Shown in pieces: positions 10,021 to 20,200 of a stretch of 23,973 nt of DNA. Numbering within the stretch: the first letter of the stretch is position 1; the number at the start of each line of letters is the position of its first letter. The notes beneath the pieces were generated by a model. That model saw nothing but the letters and a program-made list of their open reading frames with translations, had not been told where the DNA came from and searched no databases. The translations under genes and the position numbers were made by a program. Source of the stretch: Piedraia hortae CBS 480.64 (lineage: Eukaryota); assembly GCA_010093745.1 (NCBI GenBank), contig MU005997.1, positions 124,001-147,973 on the forward strand, in the 5' to 3' direction.

Positions 10021-10285
10021 TCTCGTACGCGAGTCCTAGATTTAGAGTTGCGTTGATGCTTTTGACCTTGACCATTTTCTTAATTCACTTTTCCCATTTC
10101 CACTTTGAGGACGTCGAGATCATACGTCAAACTAGCTGCCTGTCTTTGCGTCTGCGCATTTCCTAGACTGGCTGTTCCTTCCTCGCAAACATAACTTTGT
10201 TGCGGTAAGCCTGGCGTTTTCGCGTCATAGCACGCTTTTCATATTGCTGTTTGTTACACAAATATCCCAAACATGAATCATGAAT

Positions 10286-10379
10286 TCCTCCGTGGCGCAA
10301 TTGGCTAGCGCGTTCGGCTGTTATTGCGATAGCAGTTGGCGGTACCGGAAGGTTGGTGGTTCGAGCCCACCCGGGGGAG
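10286..10379 (+). tRNA. tRNA-Asn (anticodon GTT) with a 20-nt intron (10324-10343)
   Basis: Acceptor stem TCCTCCG/CGGGGGA plus discriminator G; D arm GCGC-AATTGGCTA-GCGC; anticodon arm TTCGG-CT-GTT-A[intron]A-CCGGA; T arm GGTGG-TTCGAGC-CCACC. The intron is at the canonical 37/38 position and contains TAGCAG, which can pair with CTGTTA. Confidence 0.97.
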
Positions 10380-10386
10380 TAGACAA

Positions 10387-10395
10387 TTTTTTTTT
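10387..10395 (+). terminator. RNA polymerase III terminator (T9) of tRNA-Asn
   Basis: Run of nine T beginning 8 nt after the tRNA 3' end. Confidence 0.85.
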
Positions 10396-11534
10396 ATTCA
10401 ATCAGGGAGTTTGTTTTCGTGGAGGGTGGAGAGGGAGTGACCAAGTCGGACTTGCACAGGTCACCGAATTGAGGTGATCAGACATCATGTGAAGAGCATA
10501 GTGGCCACACCCGATTTTTTCTGGATGAAGTAAGGTTGTCTTTGTATTACATTAAGTGTGGTAGGTGTACGTGTATCAGATGATACATTCGATCACTGTC
10601 TTTGCCCATGTACATATGCCACCGGAATCGATTTAACATTATGATCAAAATAGTTGATTTTTTTTTTAGAAGGATATCTTTGTTGTTGAGAAGTATCGGT
10701 GCCTTACCTAGGCCTGATAACCAAGACTATACAAAGAAAAATCCTGCATAGCAAATCCTCAAAGGGCATAGTAAATTGGACAGTGAGGCAATGGAGTAAT
10801 ATTGAAATTGCTTGAACAAGGAAGCTACTTGTATATAAGCTCGCTGCTGAACAGCAGATAAGAATAATTTTGTAAAAACTCCATCTTCAAAAATATTGCG
10901 CTACGCAACAACTATCTTCCAACAATCTTTAGGCTAATCTGATATAGCAGACGTGTTTTAGAGAAGGATAATTGTTCTAGACAATTGCATATCTTTCAGT
11001 GCTCTCAAAGATTCGAACGAAATGAAGAGTAAGTTTTTGAAATTGAGGACTCGGTGATTGCAAGTCCCTTCCAATGGTCCAAGATTTGACTTTGCAGACT
11101 TTGCAGATATCCATGTTTTTGAATAAGGAGTTTCCTAGGTGAGCTTGAAGGCGGTCTACACTAAAGATTGAAATTTTGAGAGGCCTCCCACTCTGCAAGT
11201 GACATGACTGGCTACTCATTGCATCTTAGTGCCGTAAATCCACGCTGTCACCCTTCACAGGATCTATGATGTCGTGGATAATCACACCGCCGAGACTGGT
11301 CCCACGTCTCGGCGCCAAGGTTGACTTCAACCTTCCCCCACCTTTATCTATTGTTCTTCCCATTGCACTCTGCCTCTCAACCCTGCTTCTCCTCTCTACC
11401 ACCCTACTCTACAGCTCCGCTCCGACAGTCCATCAACTACTGGTTCTAGACTTTAGGTCTTGGATGAGTAACTACTGAACATTGACCACTTGGCTGTGTT
11501 CTGCAGGACCTAAAGTGCCAATTGCAGCGATGCT

Positions 11535-11700
11535 GTGCTTGCTCTGCCAGCCGTGCTATACTTTGGCGCGGTCTGCATCTATTACTGCCCACGCGTCTAT
11601 CTTGCTCCCCATCGTCTCCCCTTGGCGGGAAGCGCACTGGCAAAGTGTATTTTTTTTTGGCTACTGACGATCAAACATGAATTGATCAAACTCCTCAAAG
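11535..11700 (+). pseudogene. Possible scrap of a cytochrome P450 N-terminus
   Basis: LALPAVLYFGAVCIYYCPRVYLAPHRLPLAGSALAKCIFFW resembles the fungal P450 anchor/hinge pattern YRxYxHPLxxxPGPxLAKxxxxW. No EXXR or heme-Cys motif was found downstream. Confidence 0.25.
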
Positions 11701-12299
11701 CTCTGTTCGCATTTATTACGCTACAATGCCATACTCTGTAGCCTTACGAACGCTGGCTGCGCCACATGTTCTTAAGTGCCTTCTTACCAAGCCAGGTTGG
11801 ATCCTGTCGCCCACATCGCAAGCCTTTTACATACAACATGCACACTCCAAAATCAATGGGCATTCTGCCACCTGCAGAAAAACTATATATACACGCGAGC
11901 AACCCCAGCCAACGACTCTTATACCAGCGCAAAGCCAATGATGCAATATCATAATTCTCAAGATTCAAGAATGGATCCGTACATCATGCCGGATTATATC
12001 AATCAGGGAGTTTCTCTGGATCTGTTAGCTACCTTTTCCTGAAGACGTGTCTGACCAATACGCAAATCAAAAGTCTATTGGTGCTTAATGGCAAAACTAT
12101 GCCATTCAGGAGGGCATCAAGACACAATTTTCACGCAAATCTATCAATCATGCGATGGAAAGGGAAACACGAGAACCGCACTTAAAATCTGCCTCCTAAG
12201 AGTCAAGGTATGTGGTGTATGCGGCTCTGACCGATATTAATTTGGTCAATGCGTTTATGGCCTTCACCTCTGGATTTCCCCCTCTGCGTTGGCCTATTC

Positions 12300-13381
12300 C
12301 TTCAGTAAAAGGATTCAAGCTCATAGCCCCAAGTAGGTAAGGGCAAAAAGTGGACCAAGGATCAAGAACCTCTAGTCTTAGCCACATTCGTAGAAGCTGT
12401 CATGGGCCGACATTGTGGGAGATGCTTGATGCTCCTCTGCCAAGCAAGGCGATCACGAGTCCACGGCATGTCAACGGTTGACGAACGCATGGGAGGACTT
12501 GAAGCCACAAAGAGAGCTGACGACAGAGGCCCTCCTGCACTTGCCTGATGCCGTCGACACCAATCAGCTAGTCACATCGGCTGGCAATTATTCAGACGAG
12601 ATGCACGTCCACGTCAATCTCAAGCAAACGCTGCACATTGTGTACAATGGCAAGGGGATGAACATTTCCACTTTCGAGGCGCACGATTTTGGTTCGCTCT
12701 GCATGGACGGCCATCATGTCCGCGTGTCCGACCAGGATGTCGAACAGAGCACTTTTATGCAGCGACACGCCGTGCACCATGACACGCAAAGGTCAAAGGT
12801 TACCTGTTCGAACAACGGAATCATTACAAAGACAATCAGAGCGAGTAAGCTAGTAGCTACGGGTGTGGTATTCGCGCATGCATTGACGAATCCCACTTCG
12901 GCGCGTTGTGTATCTTCCATTCTCTTTGGCGAGAGTGTGGACGTTATCACGTTTACGTCCCACCACAACATCTCAGTAAAGACCAGGGTTCGTTTGTCAT
13001 TTCCAACACAAGTCTTTCCTAGTTTGGCGTGCTCGACTTTGCCACTCGCTCTTGGCGCCATTTGCCCTGGCATGTGGAGGCGCAGTTCAGCGGCTTCTCC
13101 AACAACGCTTAGTGCATCATCGACCAGTTCGTTGCATTTGTGGAAGCCAAGTGGCTGCGGCAGTTCGGCCTCGTAGTCAATTTCCCGCACGGGTACGAAA
13201 TCCAGGGGCCCGAGCATGCTTCAGGGGAATCGAACGCTTCATACAGCTGTACAACGATGATCCTCACCAGGTCTGCAACGTACGGGTCGCATTCTGCACG
13301 ACCCCGGGCAACAACTTCAACATTTTGCTGCAGCAAATGAACCACCAATCCCGCAAGCCACTCAATGCGTTCTTCTCAAAT
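12300..13381 (+). pseudogene. KGD1: Internal fragment of 2-oxoglutarate dehydrogenase E1 (KGD1/OGDH), heavily decayed
   Basis: Across frames: KRIQAH; LWEML; LTNAWEDLKPQRELTTEALLHLP (cf. LTSAWNGFKSPKELATEVLPH); FGSLCMDGHHVRVSDQDVEQSTFMQRHAVHHD (cf. [32 protein letters not shown]); [49 protein letters not shown]...[67 protein letters not shown] stops at 13020 and 13110, several frameshifts, and both termini are missing. Confidence 0.93.
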
Positions 13382-14175
13382 ACGCGCGCTTTCAGTGCAG
13401 GAGCTCATGAGTATGTAGCAGGCCCTCTGATTCTCTATAGCTTCCATACGAGACAATATCTTGCTCGAACCTGGTCCCGTGCACACCCCCAGTGCTTCCC
13501 TTCACAGGATGGGTTAGTGGTATCCGAAAAGACGTGGATGATCAAGCTCGAAAGGACCTTGAGGGGGCGCAGTAAATTGAACCTGCCTGCCAGCCCGCAA
13601 TGGCGTTGACAGGGCTAAGGAACCGGAGGCGTAATTTCATCTATCAGACAGGTAGACATCCTTAATTCATAGTCTTCGTCCTAATTTGGTCACATATTCA
13701 AAGAACACAAACTAATGAGCCTTCGTTCATGCGCACGCACCCTATACCCATCCATGACTCAGTTGCTGTATCTACGCAGGGGAGGTTAGAAGTATGTGTA
13801 TACTTATAATTAAGTGCTTCGATCCCGCTCGTTCTTCAGGAGAGTCACAGGCAGACGAATGCACATCGTGCCGATGAGTTCTTAATATATCAAGAATCAG
13901 AAGAAGGTATGAGAAAGGTAATGGACTTGGCTATCACGGATGGGCAGTGCATCCCGACCAAAAAATTCAAATAGCCGCTGTTCGCGCGATTTAGCATCTC
14001 AAGAAGACCAGTCCGAATGTATCTACCGCCGCATAGCGTCCCGCATTTCCGGAGGACATTTACCTCCACTTCGTAAGGCCTTTGAAACAATTCCAGCTTA
14101 CGCAAAATAGATATCCCATCAAAACCTGCTCAATAGAACACCCCAAAAACCCCAACCACTCCAAAAACCACCACA

Positions 14176-15160
14176 TCAGTTTCCATATAACCACTCCCTC
14201 AGCGACCTCGGTCTCGTCACCCGAAGGATAGACAGCAAATGAGCAAGAAGAAACCCGCCAATATACCTCGCCCCATCAGCAGTGGGTCCATCAAGATATT
14301 TGACCAGTAGAGACTCCCACGAAGATACAAAAAAGTAGGTAGTCACATGCACTGCGAGAACCACAAAAATAACACGAGAGATCTCCGTCCAGAAATTTAC
14401 TTGTTGTTGGGGTGGAGGGCCAAGCATAAGGTCTACGTCAACAATTAGTGCAGGAAGGAAAGTTTCTGGGTTGCTTACCGAAGAAATGGGCCCAGGAGGT
14501 TGGAATGAGTATTACGAGAGCGATGGAAGCGTTTGGTTGGGGGTTCGCATGCACGGGTGAGGTTTCTCGGGCATCTGCGTCTGCTTCAGGCTCGGTGTTG
14601 GGTGTGTAGAGGATGGTGGCACGCGTGTTTGCATTTTCTGTGGATGTAATGACGTCGGGAGGCGAAGTATCGTTTGGCTCCGCGCGAGACTGGGTATCGC
14701 CCATGTTGGTGTTGTCACTGATGGGTGGGTTTTCCGCCCTGCCTGTGTTCCCATTGCTCCCATAGTTGTGGTCAGAATCTTGGCCCGAGGGGATGTTGCC
14801 ATTGGAGGATAGGCTTTCTGAACTGTCTGTCTCCCATTGACTCTCATTATCTTGACCAATGCCAGGAGATTGGGCATTTCCCATGCTTGCTTCGTGACCG
14901 ACGAATGTTTTTTTAGGGTCGGCTATTTCCCCTTGGCTTCCATTGCTACCTTCGATACCATTGCTCGTGTGAGTGCTGCCATTGAAGAGTGGAACTTCTG
15001 GGCTACCCATGTGCGCTTGGCTTTCGATGTCGGGAAACCGGGTACCTTTATTGATAATCAAATTCTCCCCGATGGCCATATGCTCTTGATCGCCATGGTT
15101 ATGGTTTATATCGGAGAGAAACATGGGCTGTTCTCCTTTGGTGGAGTGTCGCTGCGACAT
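14176..15160 (-). CDS. Orphan two-exon gene, ~312 aa: long S/N/G/D/T-rich disordered region followed by 2-3 hydrophobic segments
   Basis: ORFs 14438-15160 and 14176-14427 join in frame through a 46-nt intron at 14433-14478 (GTAAGC donor, CACTAAT branch site, TAG acceptor), giving ...HFFDLMLGPPP.... No family recognised. Confidence 0.7.
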
Positions 15161-15860
15161 GTTTGATCTTAGTCGTGCCGGCCTGATACAGCACTCATGA
15201 ACCCGAGCCAGATGGATTGATAAACTACTCAGTTGCGTGTAAGTTTGGAAAGTGGAGAGTATGTGCGGTCTTCACACACCTCAAGTAAACGGAATGTGAC
15301 TAAGGGAGTCTGGGCGCATTGACACTACTGATACCCTTAGTCATGGCAGCTGCATAACTACGCGGGTTGGTATTGATATCTCTGCACCATTGACTCCGCT
15401 TTGGAGTAGCGGTATGCAACTGATAATTGAAAGAGGCATGAAACTCTGAATGTTTGAGAGCAAAAGTTTTCTATGTGCCTTTCTTTAAAAGCACTGAATT
15501 CGTGAGAACCCCTCCATCGTTGCAGTACCATGGTACGTACCGTACTACGATACTATGGATATTCCTCCCTGGAATTGGAAGTGACACCGTTTGAAGTAAT
15601 ATGCCCACCCAAGTCCACACGTATTAGCCTCGCAGCCTTGACACACAAAACTCCACCCACCCGTTGGAAATTTCGCGAGACTTGAGCGTTAAAGGTTTCG
15701 TGAAGTTTCTTCCTCACTCTGACAGATCTTCACCGTGGGTACAATTCAAGCTAGACACCTGGGACTAGCATGATTTGGTCGTCAATTTAACTATGCGACG
15801 AGCATATTTCTATAGAGAGGAGACAATTCTTGAAGAGCAGGAGACCGCCCAACAGCCCAT

Positions 15861-17391
15861 TCACAATTTCCCCAAAATCTTCCTCGGCGAAGCCCTCAAC
15901 TCCGGCTCCATCCTCAGCATCCGTTCCACCAAATGCACACACCTCTTAACCTCTTTTCATCTTCACGTCCGTATAAGAAAGTCATCCCGTGGCTATCATT
16001 CCCATGCGGAGTATCAATAAACCACTGCGGGCTCATAGCGATGGAGCGGGTATGCCTCATAAACTCTTCGACCAGATCGAACAGACTTCCAGACCTTCTA
16101 TGGATCTTTCTCTCTCCATCATCTTCAACTTTATGTTCCTGCAAGGACTTCCATGCAGATTCCCCCCTCTTCGGCATCTCCTGCCGCGTCATATCCATGA
16201 CGCTGAAGAGAAGTTGCTTGTTCGATATGCCTAGACTGTTGAATGCTCTTTGGCCGGTCATGAGTTCGCATAACTATCCCCACGTTAGCCTCAGTCATAT
16301 AGATGTAGGTACATGCTCACCATGCAGCCGAGATTCCAGTAATCCACCCTGTGGTCTAATTTCTGTTTCAACACGACTTCGGCAGGTTGAGTGTCCATGC
16401 CTGCGTCCAGTGTATCAGGCGCGTTCGCGTGATGGAAAGCCTGACTGTCTCCCAAAATCTTGATGTTCGGCAGGGTCGGCGTAGGCGGGACAGGGGTCAA
16501 ATTAAACAGAATCTGATACACTGGCACACCTGGGTCGAGTGGTTGGTCGAGTAATCTGACTACCTCGTGGATGGCTGGTGTCCCCATCTTCCGTATAAAT
16601 TGTTTTTTCCGGAGAGTTTGTGCATCTAGTCCAAGTCTAGTATCTCGAAGGCGATTTTGAAAGGAGAGAGTCCAATTCAACAGTAAGCATTGTATCCTTG
16701 GGAAGGTTTTGATACGTACTTCCATGCGCAATTCCAAGCTGGTGCAGACCGTCAACATCGAGTAAGACCTGTCTATACACCTCCTTTGCCAGTTTCCCTT
16801 GGCAGGCGGGATTTCTCGTAGAAACTTTCTCCCTGGAGCTGTTCAATGGGAGTTCTGAGCAAGTCTTGGACGATGCATTCATGGGTTCCGTGGATTTCTG
16901 TATAGAGGTATGCAGATGTCGTCTTCCGGGGTGGTCTGTTTTGATATCGGAAATGTCTCGCAACATGCCGACTTCGCCTATTTTTACTCTTGCACGACGA
17001 ATCTTTACGGCTACGTATTTTTCCTCTTTGCCGGTAATCATCAACACTCAACAACTTCCGATGGGGAAAAGTAGTACTTCCTATCTCTAGCTGCCCAAAC
17101 GCTAGAAAAGTTGCCATAGCCGAGTTTATGCACAATTTTATATTGTTCCGAATCTAATGAATCTCCCAAGAAGGTAGGGTGACAGTCACCAGGGACGAAT
17201 TGGTTAGGAGGCTCGGCATGGCTATACGGTAGGCCTACAAGAGGAACATAGAGCGGATCGTCCGGGCCCTCAGGTAGAGGGTCGGAATAGGTGACTTTGG
17301 CATACGTGCGCCTTGCAAAGACTGCTGCGCACGCATCAACGTTCCTTCGCGCTGCAGGAAAATGCGTTGCATTGTTTGTGGGAGCGAACAC
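15861..17391 (-). pseudogene. SRPK-like (CMGC) serine/threonine kinase pseudogene
   Basis: Fragments: FVPGDCHPTFLGDSL...YKIVHKLGYGNFSSVWAARD; YVAVKI; HPGRRH; HECIV; RQVLLDVDGLHQLGIAHG; NIKILGDSQAF (DFG lost); QPAEV (APE lost); VDYWNLGCM|LCELMTG; RMLRMEPELRAS. Several frameshifts, and a GTG where the ATG is expected. One well-formed 47-nt intron remains at 16274-16320 (GTGAGC...GCTAAC...TAG). Confidence 0.88.
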
Positions 17392-18324
17392 GATTGTGGT
17401 TGGAGTTAAATCTGATGTGTGGATAGAAGTTGTCTACCCTAGGACGAGTCAGGGCCAACGCGGAACATGAGATGCAGCACACCGAACAGGTTTTATTTTT
17501 CTTTCGCTATGAGCTCGTGTGGCTATACTGCACGACTTCATGAATTATCTTCCAGTTGGAGTCTTCCCTATGCGTCATGCTCACAATAAAGATGTCCTAA
17601 TGAGTTCTCGATGATGGGCGTCATGGAGCTAAGCTTTCATCTCAACCATCAACCTACCACGCGCCAGGCAAATTACTCAGTGACTCGCGAAATAGACTTC
17701 ACATGCCACCACACCTCGGCTTATGACGCTCAAATCTTGCATGCACCGGTATATAGTGCTGCCGAAAGAGAACGTCCAAGACATCGTTTGAAACGCGCTA
17801 ATACCCTCTGATGTCTTTGTCAGGCTGAACTATCCAGGTTGTGTAGAAACGAACTGGGCCATTCTATCCCGTACTTCAATGGGATTCTAATATAGCATGT
17901 GAAAGTTTTTCTGTAGTTTAGTACAATATGCATGTACTTCAACTGTATCTTTATGTAAGCTGCGAGAATGTTCTCGACCTTAAACGAAAGTTACATGAAA
18001 TAGCCGAAAGGATCGATGCACTTTGGCTCCAGGAAGATGTATTTCTACTGCGGGAATCAACCAATTTCGCAAACTCTTCCATACGATTCCACGGCCCAAG
18101 TTGACCTGAACAGTTGAAATCCGCCCAGAGTCCTGTGCGTAATGCTCAATACCAGCCATGACACAGGCCTATTCTATTGGTGGTATCATCTCTTCTCATC
18201 CGCCATCCGGCCACATACACAAAAGGAAGCTTTTGTCTAACACGGCCCTCTACGAACAAAAAACCCCTCTACACTGTATGAATAACCCACGGAAAGGAAA
18301 CGAATAATCCCCCATATACAGCTC

Positions 18325-19941
18325 TCAAATCCCCCAACTCCCCCTCCTCGCAGCCGTAGCCCACTGCTTCCACGGCGACTCCTCGCCAACCATGTTCTTC
18401 TCTTGCCTTGCCCACTCCCTGATATACAACTTCAACGCCCTCCACCTTGGCGGCATCTCGTCGCCAGACGGATGCAGAGCATCCCTACTTTGCTCTCTCT
18501 CAAAATCCTCCCCAAAGGGAATATACCCCCTACTCCTGCCCACCTCCTTATCGCGACTCCTCAGCTCCGCAACGGGCACAGCCGTAATCTTCTCTAATTC
18601 GTAATCATAATCCCTCGCTAACGCGGGGTAGCCTAGGGCAAGGTAGTTGTAGACTTGTGTTACGAAGGAGTCAGGGAATTCGGCAAGCATGATTTCGTCG
18701 AGGAGGCGTTCGGTATTTGTGGGGGGAGCGTCGCGGACGGGAGAGGAGGCTCGGCTTTGTGTGTGGGGGGTTAGGAGGCCGGTCTGGAGTTTTTTGGTTT
18801 GGAAGGGGGTTATGGCCCTAGGGGTGGGGGAGGAGGCGCAGAGGCCGTTCCAGAGTCCGGAGGTGAGAGAGTTGGGAGGGGAGGAGGGTGGGGAGGTCGT
18901 GCAGTGGTTGTTCCAGAGGACGGCGGGGGGGTTGGTGCTTTGCTCGCCGCAGAGGCCGTTCCATAGGCCGGATTTGGGAGGGGAGGATTCAATGCAGTGG
19001 CCGCCCCAGAGGCCGGTTTTCTTGTCGGCGGGTTTGGTTGGGCGGTTCCATAGGCCGTCGGTTTCGGCTCCGGGAACATTGTCGGTGAGTGCAACTGCGC
19101 GGACGGAGTCTGGGGACTTGCAGCGTGGAAAATCAAGGCTTTTCCCTAGGAGAGGCGGCCGATTGCGCAGCTCCACGTCGCTGTCCATTCTAGAATGTCG
19201 CGCAGTGCGTCGGGTGGCGGCCCACCACGTTGGCTTGTGATCGCGGGCCTTGCGATTTGCGGCCGTCAACCTTGCCGCGGCGCGCTCCCGTTCTAGTTCC
19301 TCTACGAACTGGCTGAGCTCTTCCTTTTCTAGTCGTAGCTTGACGGTGCTCTCCCGCCGCCGTGCCATCTCGGCAAGAATGTCATCGTGACCTTCCCGTG
19401 TGTAAGGCGGCTCGTCGAGGTCTGCTGCATCGTCGTCGTCTTCTTGGTCAGAGGACAGAGCATAATGCTCAACGGGCTCGTGGAAGTCGGAGTTGGGAAA
19501 GGCGGACAGGGCCTGGTCCCGCAGACGCCGGGCGGCGGCGGAGAGTCGACGATGGTCGAGAACAGTGGCGGTGGCGGTGGTGGCGGCCGGACTGGTCGAC
19601 GGCTCGCTCTCGGATGACTCTATGGTGTCTAGATCGGGGCAGCGGAACGAATGTTGGCGACGCGGACTGCCGTCCAGCGGAGAGACGTCGCGGCGGAGAT
19701 TGGGAGGGATCTCGAGGGGCAGCGGACGGGCGGCAAACTGCACATGGCCGGCGTCGTTTGGCTCACGGCGACGACGGCTTCGGCGGGAGCTGGACGTCGT
19801 CGTCTCAACCAGCTGCGGCGCGAACCGGCGGGATGACGTCGGCTGTTCCGCCTGCGCTGTCGACGTCGCCCTGTTTCTACGCCGCGATGACGTCGTTGAC
19901 GTCTCTACCAGCTGCGGCGTGAAGCGTTTGGGCGGCGTCAT
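18325..19941 (-). CDS. Conserved uncharacterised Pezizomycotina protein (~538 aa, intronless)
   Basis: Long ORF whose first in-frame ATG is at 19941 (the ORF track starts at a TTG). It has two N-terminal RF(T/A)PQLVET repeats, QALSAFPNSDFHEPVEHY, and a C-terminal block EFPDSFVTQVYNYLALGYPALARDYDYEL...PRWRALKLYIREWARQ...ARRGSW, which I recall from fungal hypothetical proteins. Confidence 0.85.
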   Translation of the reverse strand: MTPPKRFTPQLVETSTTSSRRRNRATSTAQAEQPTSSRRFAPQLVETTTSSSRRSRRRREPNDAGHVQFAARPLPLEIPPNLRRDVSPLDGSPRRQHSFRCPDLDTIESSESEPSTSPAATTATATVLDHRRLSAAARRLRDQALSAFPNSDFHEPVEHYALSSDQEDDDDAADLDEPPYTREGHDDILAEMARRRESTVKLRLEKEELSQFVEELERERAAARLTAANRKARDHKPTWWAATRRTARHSRMDSDVELRNRPPLLGKSLDFPRCKSPDSVRAVALTDNVPGAETDGLWNRPTKPADKKTGLWGGHCIESSPPKSGLWNGLCGEQSTNPPAVLWNNHCTTSPPSSPPNSLTSGLWNGLCASSPTPRAITPFQTKKLQTGLLTPHTQSRASSPVRDAPPTNTERLLDEIMLAEFPDSFVTQVYNYLALGYPALARDYDYELEKITAVPVAELRSRDKEVGRSRGYIPFGEDFEREQSRDALHPSGDEMPPRWRALKLYIREWARQEKNMVGEESPWKQWATAARRGSWGI

Positions 19942-20200
19942 TGTAGGCGCCTGCAAGTGGTCGCATCGGGACTGTTCTCGTCGGCGTCTCGGACCCCGCA
20001 ACGGCAGATGTAACTGAGACCATGGTGACGGTATAGGACATAGTGGTAACTACTAGAGATGTAGGTGAATGCTATAGAATAGTTGTGAATGACTAGAGAC
20101 AGTGTTTGGCTAGACACGTGGGTGAACGACAGGCGACCAGTGAATGACACGACAGGAGGACACGACAGGAGGACAACTAGCGAAGACTATGATAGACAAA

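Noticed and set aside
10280..10477. 65-aa plus-strand ORF
   Set aside because: It overlaps the tRNA-Asn gene and its terminator.
12478..13609. ORFs 12478-13176 (+), 13052-13609 (+) and 12714-13217 (-) as independent genes
   Set aside because: They are partial frames or the antisense of the KGD1 pseudogene.
15525..15552. GTACCATGGTAC palindrome and neighbouring GTAC repeats
   Set aside because: Short, low-complexity and without supporting context.
15933..16463. 176-aa plus-strand ORF
   Set aside because: It is antisense to the SRPK-like pseudogene.
2000..18200. Starship or Helitron as the explanation of the island
   Set aside because: No tyrosine-recombinase captain, Rep/Hel domain or defined termini were recognised.
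18392..20017. Several plus-strand ORFs of 170-190 aa and shorter
   Set aside because: They are shadows of the GC-rich minus-strand gene.
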